NCBI RefSeq assembly: GCF_039654945.1
Contig: NW_027361751.1
Span: 8,742,001-8,806,000, forward strand
Length of the DNA: 64,000 bases
Source of the DNA: Dendrobates tinctorius
Taxonomy: Eukaryota
Direction: 5' to 3'
A program made the translations under genes and the position numbers. Numbering within the stretch: the first letter of the stretch is position 1; every line of letters starts with the position of its first letter. The notes beneath the pieces are model-generated. The model saw only the letters and a list, made by a program, of their open reading frames with translations, was not told the DNA's origin and did not search any database. Positions 1 to 9,915 of the stretch are shown here, piece by piece.

Positions 1-800
1 GAGTGTACCTACGATGCCCTAGATGCCTCGGCACAGCCGGAGAACTAACTCAGCTTAAAGCAAGAAAGGTGAAATCTAAACTGCCCGGAGCAGACCCCAA
101 AGGAATAGACAGCCCCCAAACATATATTGTCAATGAGACAAGATGAAAACACAAATGCAGGCAGAAAAATAGACTGAGCTAATGATGGGGTCCAAACTGA
201 CTGGACAGGACAGGAAAGGAAAGACACTGTCTGTAATCACGCAAAAACCGTGAAAAATCCAACACGTATGATGCACAAAAAACATTGAATTCCCACGACT
301 TCGCCCCCACTATATCAGCACTCTGGTATATACTGAAAGCAAAGCAAAAAGAGACCAATATAACAGGGGATAGAACAAACTGACACAAGTAGTAACATAT
401 GGGCGGTGATCCAGCACAGCCCCAGCAGGAGCAAGCTGACCCGCACAAAGCAGAGATAGACAAAACCAGATCAAATGCAAAAAGATTAGCAAATGAATCA
501 CTTAGCTGAGCCATGCAGGAACAGAGCAGGAGACATCAGACCTCAGAAGGCACAGGAAGAAAATCACCAGCAGGGATTGAAGGAAGTCAGCTGTCTTAAA
601 TACACCAGTCAGAAACCCCAGATCTCCAATCGTCATCATCATTATCAGGTGGCAAGCCTCTGTCAATCTGACCAGCTCCACTACCTCCAGTAACTACCAG
701 AGGGAGCCCAGAAAGAGAACTTGCAACACCTCTGTCAATCTGACCAGCTCCACTACCTTCAGTAGCCACCGGAGGGAGCCCAGAAAGAGAATTCACAACA
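1..800 (-). mobile_element. LTR (cut by window edge) of the same Gypsy family as the 53001-62665 element
   Basis: Aligns by eye with 57847-58444 plus 62483-62665. Ends ...GAATTCACAACA at 800. Has two ~73-bp tandem units (657-800). No internal gag/pol follows. Confidence 0.85.
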
Positions 801-1899
801 CTGTACCCTTCCGCCATCCGGGATGAGGGGAGTAGTAGTGTATCGCAATACACCAACCAGACTAACAAGGGAATATGAGCAGGGATAAAGGAAAAAAACA
901 GTCATTCAAATATTCACACATAAACGACAGAGGTAAATACAGGGTAGTGGAGGATGGCGTTAAACCAAAGTAGGAGAAGAAAGTGAATTATCACACACTC
1001 AAAACTTAGCAACAGTTACAGATAAATCCACCAAACGCCTTCTCCAATAATAACCACCAACAACCAACAGCCATGCAGCAAAAGCTACCTCTGACAATGA
1101 GTGCTAGCCAGGGTCCAGATTACATAGGAGATGGAAGTGGTTAACAGTGCACAGCTGATAGCCTTAATGCAGGAAAGTTTCCAGGTGTTCTCAACTGAGC
1201 AGATTAACCTCTGCACTGCTAAAAGAAATTTACAACATTTAATATGAAGGTGAAGAGCTTCTAATCAGTGCAGGAGTAGGAGAAATCAGATGCTGCGGTC
1301 TCCTGGAACCCCTCTCTGTCGTGCATATGGCCGTATTTTCTGTCCAAGTAAGATGAGACCAATGTTAGTCTATGAGGCCATGCATATGTCCGATTTTTTC
1401 CTCGGACAGAGCCAGTCTGAGAAAAAAACTCACTGCATGTCTGAGTTTGATCTGTTATTCGGATTGCACTTGGTCATGCAAGTCAATGAGTCCGTAGAAA
1501 CCATCGTACTGATCTATTATGAAACTATTAAGTCATCCCCGTAGACTGACTGATGTCAGAGACATCTGATAAATATATTCATGGAAATATAATGTAGTCC
1601 TTTTAATGAACTTTAATTCTTTAACAATCTGAGTACATTTTTAGGGTTTACTGTGTGAAGCTAGGAGATCCATCCCAATCAGTTACTGGCAGTGTTACAG
1701 CTAGTTCCCATCGCTGCTGTTTAAGCATTTAGATGCAGCTGTAAATTACACACAACAGCATTTAAATGGAGCAATCATTGTTGTGCTCTGACTCCTCTAA
1801 GCCTCCATGGCTGCCAGCTTGGTAACCCTGTGAAATCCAGTCAGTAATTGGGCTTTATGGGAGACCATCATTTACATTATTTACTGCAATGCTTTCAAT

Positions 1900-2709
1900 A
1901 GAATAGTAAATAGAGTAAGTGGAGGAAAAAGGAAAAAAACAAGTAAAAGTCCAATATATTTTTTTTTATATAAAAAAATATATAAAAGATGAAAATGCAT
2001 CCTTTTCCTTGCTCAAAAATAAAGAAATGAATAAAATAAACATTTTTGGTATCACTGTATCCATAAATGTCTGACCATCAAAGTATGAAATTTATACCAT
2101 ATGTTTAAATCCAAAAAGGAAATAAAAATTGAAATGTCAAAACTGCCATTTTTCGGTTGCCGCATTTCCAAAACTAAATGCAATAAAAAGCATTAAAAAA
2201 ATTGTATATACTTCAAAATTTTGACAATAAAAACTACAGAAAAGATAAGCCCTCACATGGCCTTTTGACAGAAAAATGAAACTGTTAAGGAGCTCTGAAA
2301 CTATCAAAGACAAAGATTTTTTTACTCTATTTTTTTCACGCTCAGAATTTTTTTAGCCTCTAATATAAATATAAACATATAAGGTTGGCACTGTCGTAAG
2401 CTTACTGACCTGAAGAATCACATTGCCAGGTCATTTTTAGCACACAGTAAATGCCACACAAACAAACCCCCAACAGACAGTAGCAGAATTCTGAGGGTTT
2501 TTTTTCACCATTTCACGACACTTGTATTTTTAATTATTGTTTTTCAGTACATTATGTGGTAAAAACGAATGGTGTAATTCAAAAATACAACTTGTCTGGT
2601 ATATAACAGGCACTCTTTTGGCTATGTCAAAAGAAAAAAATGTATATAAGAAAGGAAGGAAGAAATAAAAGAGCAAAACTGAAAACTCGTAACGTCTTGA
2701 AAGGGTTAT
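1900..2709. mobile_element. Degraded piggyBac-like non-autonomous DNA element fragment
   Basis: Motifs such as TACTGACCTGAAGAAT and GCAATAAAAAGC match the reverse complement of 61100-61500. Ends in AAGGGTTA. Boundaries are approximate. Confidence 0.4.
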
Positions 2710-2787
2710 TTGAAACTTGTAGCCATCTATTCTATTATTTGTAAACACTGTTTTTCAGTGATTCCTTTGTATCCCCGTTCATACTGC

Positions 2788-4170
2788 ACCCACACACACA
2801 AATGATACACCATTTGAAAGGTAAACTTGCCCCCTTCAGCAAGAAAATAGCCAAACAAACCACACATCCACAATTTGATCACAAAATACAGTTTAAACAT
2901 TAATTTTCATAAACCTGCAGTAAGGAAAAATGACCTGCAGGTGGCACCACAGTACCCCAAAGCACACTACCAACGCATTTGTATACATGCACTGCTTTTT
3001 CGCTGATTACTTTGCCCCACACACACACGATACACCATTTGAAAGGTAAACTTTCTCCCTTCAGCAAGAAAACAGCCAAACAAACCACACATTCACGATT
3101 TTATCATTAAATACAGTTTAAGGCCAGTTTCACATGTCCAGATAATTCCGGCACCGGTAAACACGGTACCGGAGCTGTCCGTGTGGATACGCGGTACCTC
3201 CGTGTGGCACACGTGTGGCAACCGTGTGCCGCATCAGGACCACACGGATGGCCACCGGGAAGAAGCGCTACAGTAACCGCTGTTCCTGGCGGCTGGTGCT
3301 GAACGCCGTCTTATTGACACCTCTCCATTACTAATCTGGGCTTAATGTCACCTTATAATAGAAAGGTGGCATTAACCTCTTATTACCCCACTTGCCACCA
3401 CTACAGGGCAAGTGGGAAGAAGCGGGCAAAGCTCCAGAATAGGCGCATCTAATAGATGCACCTTTTCTGGGCAGCCGGGGGCTGCTGTTTTTAGGCTGTG
3501 GGGGGCGAAGATCAATGGCCCCTTACCAGCCTGAGAATATCAGCCCTCAGCTGTCAGCTTTAGTCAGGTTGGTTGTCAAAAATAGGGGGGACCCCACGCC
3601 ATTTTTAAAAATTATTTAAATAATTAAAAAAACAGCATGGGTACCCCTCTATTCTTGAGAACCAGCCTTGATGAAGCTGACAGCTGAGGGCTGCAGCTCC
3701 CAGCTGTAAGTTTTGTCTGGTTGGTTCACAAACAGAAGGGGACCCCACGTCGGGTTTTCATTCATTCTGCTCTCCTACTCGATGTTGCCGGCAAAGCAGG
3801 AGAGATGAATGACAGCGTGTTCAGCACCACCCGCAGGGGAACAGCGGCTTACAGTAGCACTTCTTCCCTGGCAGCCGTCCGTGAGCATGGAGGACAGTGT
3901 GAACCGTTCTCCGTGTGCACGTGTTGCAGGCCGTGTGTCCATGTTAAAATAGACATGTCAGCGTATTTTGCAAACGGACACACGGTCCGTGAAAACACAC
4001 TGACATGTGCATAGACCCATTCATTTGAATGGGTCTACGTGTGTCAGTGTCTCCAGTACGTGGGAAAACTGTCACTACACGTATCGGAGCCACTGACGTG
4101 TGAAAGAAGCCTAACATTCATTTTCATAAACCTGCAGAAAGACACAATGACCTGCAGGTGGCACCTCAAC
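2788..4170. repeat. ~235-bp tandem duplication, second copy split by a MITE
   Basis: GATACACCATTTGAAAGGTAAACTT...CAGTTTAA occurs twice (about 2803 and 3029). The second copy resumes at 4115 with CATTCATTTTCATAAACCTGCAG. Confidence 0.7.
3122..4111. mobile_element. PIF/Harbinger-type non-autonomous element
   Basis: TAA TSD (3119-3121 and 4112-4114). Ends GGCCAGTTTCACA...TGTGAAAGAAGCC. Removing it restores the flanking tandem unit. Confidence 0.75.
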
Positions 4171-4523
4171 CGGAAAACATTTTTTGGCCTCTACTTATCA
4201 AAACAATTTATTGTACTACCAAACTACATATATAAATACCTGTCTGTGTTCATCAGCTCATGAAATACATTTACATTTGACCAGCTTGCTTTTTCTGAAC
4301 TTGCCTGCGCCCCCGATGACCAATGTGCGAAAATTTTGCATGGGCCAAGCTAGTTTGTCCTTATAAGCGCAATCTAAACTATTTTTTTAACCTATTGTTT
4401 AGGCTGTGTCATTAATTCCTCTTCCACAACACAACATAAAATGAAGCCTAGTAATTAGCTAACAGTCACGGCATATGGCATTACCCATCTTTTGTCACAG
4501 TCCTTGTCCGAAGAGCTGTTATT

Positions 4524-5092
4524 TGTCATGGTATGCCTAGGTTACTTTAGGCAAAAACCCCGGGACCCCTGCGACGTCCCTCAGACTAGGGGAACCCTGT
4601 CTGTCCCTCTACCCAGGGTTTACACTGAAGGTGTGCCTGCCTGAGCCTCCACCCTGTCCCTGTCTCCTGTCCAGCCCTAAGCTGAACCCACCACCCTCCA
4701 CCCAGTGAGGGGACCAGACACCAGACCCCACAAATACGTATGGACAGGGGTAAAAGAAACACCACACAGTTAATACACAAGGGAATACAATAATGTGCAA
4801 GGGCAACCAAATATATATATAACAGATTGGAGAAAGAACCACTGAGGGATATACTGCACCAGATATCAGACGCTCCAACACCACCACTGCTGACCGGTAT
4901 TGCTAGCACTAGGCTAAAGCTATAGTCGGCGACGCCCATAGTCAGGACGAACTATTTAAAGACCAAGGGCGTGGCCCAGCCCTCAGCCAGCATGACAACC
5001 TGGTTAACCCTATCCCGACTGGAACAGAATACCCAACAGGGTATTACCGCTGTCTGCCGGACACCCTGGTGTGAACAGTGTCCGACATGACA
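4524..5092 (-). repeat. 3' LTR of Gypsy element 1
   Basis: Direct repeat of 9347-9915; only 2 substitutions spotted by eye. PPT-like AGAAGGCGGGGTAC on the - strand at 5093-5106. Confidence 0.95.
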
Positions 5093-5133
5093 GTACCCCG
5101 CCTTCTACGAGGGACCTCCGGAACCTCACCATG

Positions 5134-8100
5134 TCAAGGACCTGGCTTGTCCGGATGGCGACGATGGAACATAGTAACCAGTCGATCAGCATGAATGTCA
5201 GAGGCCGGCACCCATGTCCTCTCCTCAGGACCATAGCCACGGCAGTGGACCAGGTACTGTAGAGTGCGACGCACAACCCTAGAGTCCACCACTTTGGACA
5301 CCTCAAATTCCAACGCGCCATCCACCAAGACGGGAGGTGGTGGCCCGGGGGAACCATCCACCAAACCCACGACCTTCTTTAGCAATGCTTTGTGAAATAC
5401 ATTATGAATCTTATACACAGCCGGCAACTCCAAACGAAATGCCACTGGGTTGATCACTGCGGAGATTCTAAATGGGCCAATGAACCTGGGACCCAACTTA
5501 AGTGACGGTATCTTGAGCTTAATGTTCCTAGTAGATAACCACACCCAATCACCCACACACAGGTCCGGACCTGGCACACGTCTGCAGTCAGCCACCCGTT
5601 TGTACCTGGAACCCACCTTCAACAAGCGCTGCTTGACTCTCCTCCAAACAGACGACAATTGAGCTCCCAACTGGTCCTCTTCAGGGACGCCAACTGAGCA
5701 CCCCTGACGCAAGGTGCAAAATTGAGGATGTTGACCATACACACAAAAAAAAGGAGATTCCCCAGACGATTCCTGGCAATGATTGTTTATTGCGAATTCT
5801 GCCAGAGGAAGAAACGCTGACCACTCTTCCTGATTGTCGGAAATAAAGCAGCGCAAGTATTGCTCCAGGTTTTGGTTCATCCGCTCAGTCTGTCCATTCG
5901 ACTGAGGGTGGAAAGCTGATGAATGAGATAATTTGATTCCAAGGCGAGAACAAAAAGCTCTCCAAAACTTTGCCACAAACTGCGTACCTCGATCAGACAC
6001 AATGTCAGACGGGACACCATGAAGTCTGACCACCTCGCGAATAAATATCTGAGCAAGAGTCTTAGCATTGGGCAAAGACGGTAAAGCAACGAAATGTGAC
6101 ATTTTGGAGAACCTATCAACAATTACCAAAATGACCGAGTTCCCTGCCGAGGCGGGCAAGTCAGTAATAAAATCCATGGAAATCTCAGTCCATGGCTTAC
6201 TGGGCACCCCAAGAGGCTGCAAGCTACCAGCGGGACGGGAACGAGGAGTCTTGGCCCGTGCGCACGTGGTACAGGCAGCCACATATGAGGCCACATCCTG
6301 CCGGATTTTAGGCCACCAAAAACGACGCGATACCAATTCCAGAGTGCTCTTAACCCCTGGTTGACCTGCCAGTACCGTGTCGTGATGTTCGCCCAACACT
6401 CTAGAGCGTAGATGTAGCGGCACAAAAGATTTATTAGCAGGTAACCCCGGCGGTACCACCTCCTGAGCCTCGGCAATCTCTGCCTCAATCTCTGTCGTGA
6501 TGGCAGATACCACCACACCCTTTTGGAGAATAGGCACCGGCTCTTCACATAACTCTCCACCAGGAAAACACCTGGATAAAGCGTCTGCCTTAACATTCTT
6601 CGACCCAGGTCGATAGGTAACAATGAAGTTGAACCGGGTGAAGAATAATGCCCAGCGAGCCTGTCTGGAGGACAGGCGCTTAGCAGATTCTAAATAAAGC
6701 AAATTCTTATGGTCGGTTATCACAGTAATCTGATGAACAGCCCCCTCCAAGAAGTGTCGCCACTCCTCAAATGCCAATTTGATGGCCAATAGTTCCCTGT
6801 TGCCAATATCATAATTACGCTCCGCAGGCGACAGCTTCTTGGAGAAGAAGGCACACGGATGCAACTTGGCCCAAGAAGGGCCCTGAGACAGTACAGCCCC
6901 CACTCCAACCTCCGACGCATCCACCTCCACGACAAACGGTAAGGAGACATCGGGCTGCACCAGAATGGGCGCTGAGGCAAAACTATTCTTGAGGAATTCA
7001 AACGCCTGTACCGCAGGCTCAGACCAGTCAGAAAAGTCGGTACCCTTCTTAGTCATGTCAGTCAGTGGTTTGGCAATCATAGAGAAGTTCTTAATAAATT
7101 TCCTATAGTAATTGGAGAAGCCAAGAAATCGCTGAAGCGCCTTAAGATTATCAGGCCGATCCCAATGTAGTACCGCCTGCACCTTTGCGGTGTCCATCTT
7201 AAAACCTGAAGCGGAGATTATATAACCCAAGAACGGTAGCTCCTGTACGAAAAACACACATTTTTCAAGCTTGACATAGAGCCTGTTCTCTCTGAGCAAC
7301 TGCAGAACCTGTCTAACATGCTCTATATGTGTATCATGGTCGCGAGAGAAAATGAGGATGTCGTCAAGATAAATTATAACAAACCTCCCCAACAACTGAG
7401 AGAAGACATCATTAATGAAGTGTTGAAAGACCGCCGGTGCCATAGTCAACCCAAACGGCATTACCAAACTCTCAAAGTGACCCTCAGGGGTATTGAACGC
7501 TGTCTTCCACTCATCCCCCTGACAGACTCTTATAAGATTGTACGCCCCCCTGAGGTCCAGTTTGGAGAACCACCTGGCACCAACCACTTGGTTGAATAAA
7601 TCGGGTATAAGTGGCATAGGGTAAGGATCACGGACCGTAATCTGGTTGAGTTCTCTGAAATCCAGACACGGGCGTAAACCGCCATCCTTCTTTTTAACAA
7701 AGAAGAAGCCAGCAGCCAGAGGAGAAGAGGAAGGTCTAATATGACCCTTGCTCAGGCTATCCGCAATGTATTCCTTGAGAGCTAGCCTCTCGGGACCTGA
7801 GATATTAAACATTCTAGCTTTAGGTAACTTGGCCCCTGGTTTCAACCTAATAGCACAGTCATAGGGGCGATGCGGTGGTAGTTCCGAACAACCCTTCTCA
7901 GAAAATACATCCGCATAATCCAGCAACGGCTCCGGGATACTGGGGGTCAAAGCGGAAATACATGTAGCCAGGCACCTCTCCTGACACTCCCTGCTCCACT
8001 GAATTATGTCCTGGGTCTTCCAATCAATAACAGGATTATGCATTGACAACCATGGAAAGCCCAGAACCATCTGAGCCGGTAAGTTACTAAGCACCTTACA

Positions 8101-8421
8101 AGTTACCCGCTCTGAGTGTAATACTCCGATGTGGAGTTGTATATCCAACACACACTCTGTGATCTCCCCTTGAGACAACGGGGAAGCATTGATGGTAACC
8201 ACCCGGATGGGGTTCGGCAATTTCTCCACCGGAAATCCCGCTGTATGCGCGAACCTCTCATCAATGAGATTGGCAGCTGAGCCACTATCAATAAATACTG
8301 TAATAGAGAACATTTGCCCCCCAAGTACCACCCTAGCAGGGAGCATACACTGGGAAACCATGACGGAGGATACACAAAGGCTCAGACTAGACTCCTCCAA
8401 ACCCTCTGAGCCTATCAGTTT
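5134..8421 (-). CDS. pol: Pol polyprotein (protease, RT, RNase H, integrase, chromodomain), probably reached by -1 frameshift from gag
   Basis: Motifs IDSGSAAN (protease), YLDD (RT), VEVDAS/ELLAI (RNase H), ISMDF/SDRG/GQTER (integrase DDE), GPF and a C-terminal chromodomain. The frame is open back to the gag slippery site. Confidence 0.93.
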   Translation of the reverse strand, partial: KLIGSEGLEESSLSLCVSSVMVSQCMLPARVVLGGQMFSITVFIDSGSAANLIDERFAHTAGFPVEKLPNPIRVVTINASPLSQGEITECVLDIQLHIGVLHSERVTCKVLSNLPAQMVLGFPWLSMHNPVIDWKTQDIIQWSRECQERCLATCISALTPSIPEPLLDYADVFSEKGCSELPPHRPYDCAIRLKPGAKLPKARMFNISGPERLALKEYIADSLSKGHIRPSSSPLAAGFFFVKKKDGGLRPCLDFRELNQITVRDPYPMPLIPDLFNQVVGARWFSKLDLRGAYNLIRVCQGDEWKTAFNTPEGHFESLVMPFGLTMAPAVFQHFINDVFSQLLGRFVIIYLDDILIFSRDHDTHIEHVRQVLQLLRENRLYVKLEKCVFFVQELPFLGYIISASGFKMDTAKVQAVLHWDRPDNLKALQRFLGFSNYYRKFIKNFSMIAKPLTDMTKKGTDFSDWSEPAVQAFEFLKNSFASAPILVQPDVSLPFVVEVDASEVGVGAVLSQGPSWAKLHPCAFFSKKLSPAERNYDIGNRELLAIKLAFEEWRHFLEGAVHQITVITDHKNLLYLESAKRLSSRQARWALFFTRFNFIVTYRPGSKNVKADALSRCFPGGELCEEPVPILQKGVVVSAITTEIEAEIAEAQEVVPPGLPANKSFVPLHLRSRVLGEHHDTVLAGQPGVKSTLELVSRRFWWPKIRQDVASYVAACTTCARAKTPRSRPAGSLQPLGVPSKPWTEISMDFITDLPASAGNSVILVIVDRFSKMSHFVALPSLPNAKTLAQIFIREVVRLHGVPSDIVSDRGTQFVAKFWRAFCSRLGIKLSHSSAFHPQSNGQTERMNQNLEQYLRCFISDNQEEWSAFLPLAEFAINNHCQESSGESPFFCVYGQHPQFCTLRQGCSVGVPEEDQLGAQLSSVWRRVKQRLLKVGSRYKRVADCRRVPGPDLCVGDWVWLSTRNIKLKIPSLKLGPRFIGPFRISAVINPVAFRLELPAVYKIHNVFHKALLKKVVGLVDGSPGPPPPVLVDGALEFEVSKVVDSRVVRRTLQYLVHCRGYGPEERTWVPASDIHADRLVTMFHRRHPDKPGP

Positions 8422-8424
8422 TCC
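8365..8424 (-). promoter_or_regulatory. -1 ribosomal frameshift signal (slippery site plus H-type pseudoknot)
   Basis: G_GAA_AAC just before the gag UGA. Stem 1 AGGCUCAGA/UCUGAGCCU; stem 2 GGAGGA (loop)/UCCUCC (downstream). Pol is in the -1 frame. Confidence 0.75.
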
Positions 8425-9272
8425 GCCGGCGCGCCCTTCTTAGGTACCAGGGGGCAAGCGTTAATAAAATGTCCTCCTTTGCCACAAAAAAAACAGAGCC
8501 CCTGCCTTCTGTGCCAAGGACGTTTAGGCTTGTTACTCGGTGACTGTGCTATACCAGCGATCTGCATGGGTTCCACGGATTCACCCGCGGCAACCTCACC
8601 GACCACTCCCCCACCTCCCGGAGGCAACGAAACCAGCGCCCCCTGACGGAGACGTCGGTCTATGCGTACTACAAGTGCCATCGCAGCCTCCAGAGAGGCG
8701 GGAGTCTCGTACATTAGGAGAGTCTGTTTAACCCTTCCAGAAACCCCATGCAATAATTGACTTCTAAGCGCAGGGTCATTCCACTGCGTGTCCACCGCCC
8801 AGCGCCGGAATTCCGTGCAGTAATCCTCAGCTGGTCGATCACCCTGTAGCAGTGAGCGTATCTTAGACTCTGCTAAGTTTAATCTATCCGGATCGTCATA
8901 GATCAAACCCAGAGCAGAGAAAAAAAAATCTACAGATTCAAATGCCTGTGAGTCTGAAGGGAGTGAAAAGGCCCAGGCCTGTGGGTCACCACTCAGCAAA
9001 GAAATCACCAAGCCCACGCGTTGAGCCTCATTACCTGAGGAATGTGGACGCATACGGAAATACAATTTGCATGATTCACGAAACACCGTGAACTTACCAC
9101 GATCACCAGCAAATCGTTCAGGAAGGGGAAACTTGGGCTCAGCTGCCCTGGCTGCAGCCTCAGCAGGTACTACAGGAGCTGACAGGCCTTGTTGCTGGAC
9201 CGCCCCCCTGAGTTCAGTGACCTGTATGGATAGAGCCTCCAGCTGCTTGGTTAGGGAAAGTATAGGATCCAT
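8415..9272 (-). CDS. gag: Gag (capsid plus CCHC zinc knuckle)
   Basis: 285 aa with a PERFAGD motif (sushi/PEG10-like capsid) and knuckle CFFCGKGGHFINAC. Confidence 0.93.
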   Translation of the reverse strand: MDPILSLTKQLEALSIQVTELRGAVQQQGLSAPVVPAEAAARAAEPKFPLPERFAGDRGKFTVFRESCKLYFRMRPHSSGNEAQRVGLVISLLSGDPQAWAFSLPSDSQAFESVDFFFSALGLIYDDPDRLNLAESKIRSLLQGDRPAEDYCTEFRRWAVDTQWNDPALRSQLLHGVSGRVKQTLLMYETPASLEAAMALVVRIDRRLRQGALVSLPPGGGGVVGEVAAGESVEPMQIAGIAQSPSNKPKRPWHRRQGLCFFCGKGGHFINACPLVPKKGAPAEN

Positions 9273-9335
9273 AGTAAGTAACCCCTATATTCCCTATCTA
9301 TACCTTTTTTTTTTTTCTCTCACTTTATAATTTGG

Positions 9336-9345
9336 GCCGACTATA
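9336..9345 (-). promoter_or_regulatory. Self-priming primer-binding site
   Basis: - strand TATAGTCGGC directly after the 5' LTR has no TGG and is complementary to LTR sequence GCCGACTATA (9744-9753, -). Confidence 0.75.
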
Positions 9346-9346
9346 A

Positions 9347-9915
9347 TGTCATGGTATGCCTAGGTTACTTTAGGCAAAAACCCCGGGACCCCTGCGACGT
9401 CCCTCAGACTAGGGGAACCCTGTCTGTCCCTCTACCCAGGGTTTACACTGAAGGTGTGCCTGCCTGAGCCTCCACCCTGTCCCTGTCTCCTGTCCAGCCC
9501 TAAGCTGAACCCACCACCCTCCACCCAGTGAGGGGACCAGACACCAGACCCCACAAATACGTATGGACAGGGGTAAAAGAAACACCACACAGTTAATACA
9601 CAAGGGAATACAATAATGTGCAAGGGCAACCAAATATATATATAACAGATTGGAGAAAGAACCACTGAGGGATATACTGCACCAGATATCAGACGCTCCA
9701 ACACCACCACTGCTGACCGGTATTGCTAGCACTAGGCTAAAGCTATAGTCGGCGACGCCCATAGTCAGGACGAACTATTTAAAGACCAAGGGCGTGGCCC
9801 AGCCCTCAGCCAGCATGACAACCTGGTTAACCCTATCCCAACTGGAACAGAATACCCAACAGGGTATTACCGCTGTCTGCCGGACACCCTGGTGTGAACA
9901 GTGTCAGACATGACA
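9347..9915 (-). repeat. 5' LTR of Gypsy element 1
   Basis: Direct repeat of 4524-5092. TATA-like TTTAAATAG on the - strand at about 9775-9783. Confidence 0.95.

Larger units (their letters stand above)
4524..9915 (-). mobile_element. Full-length Ty3/Gypsy chromovirus (Tf1/sushi-like) LTR retrotransposon
   Basis: Two 569-bp LTRs with TGTCATG...CATGACA ends, a 5-bp TSD TTATT (4519-4523 and 9916-9920), open gag and pol ORFs, and a polypurine tract next to the 3' LTR. Confidence 0.97.

Noticed and set aside
4586-4939. Identical 117-aa ORFs at 4586 and 9409
   Set aside because: They simply reflect the two LTR copies; no evidence of coding function.
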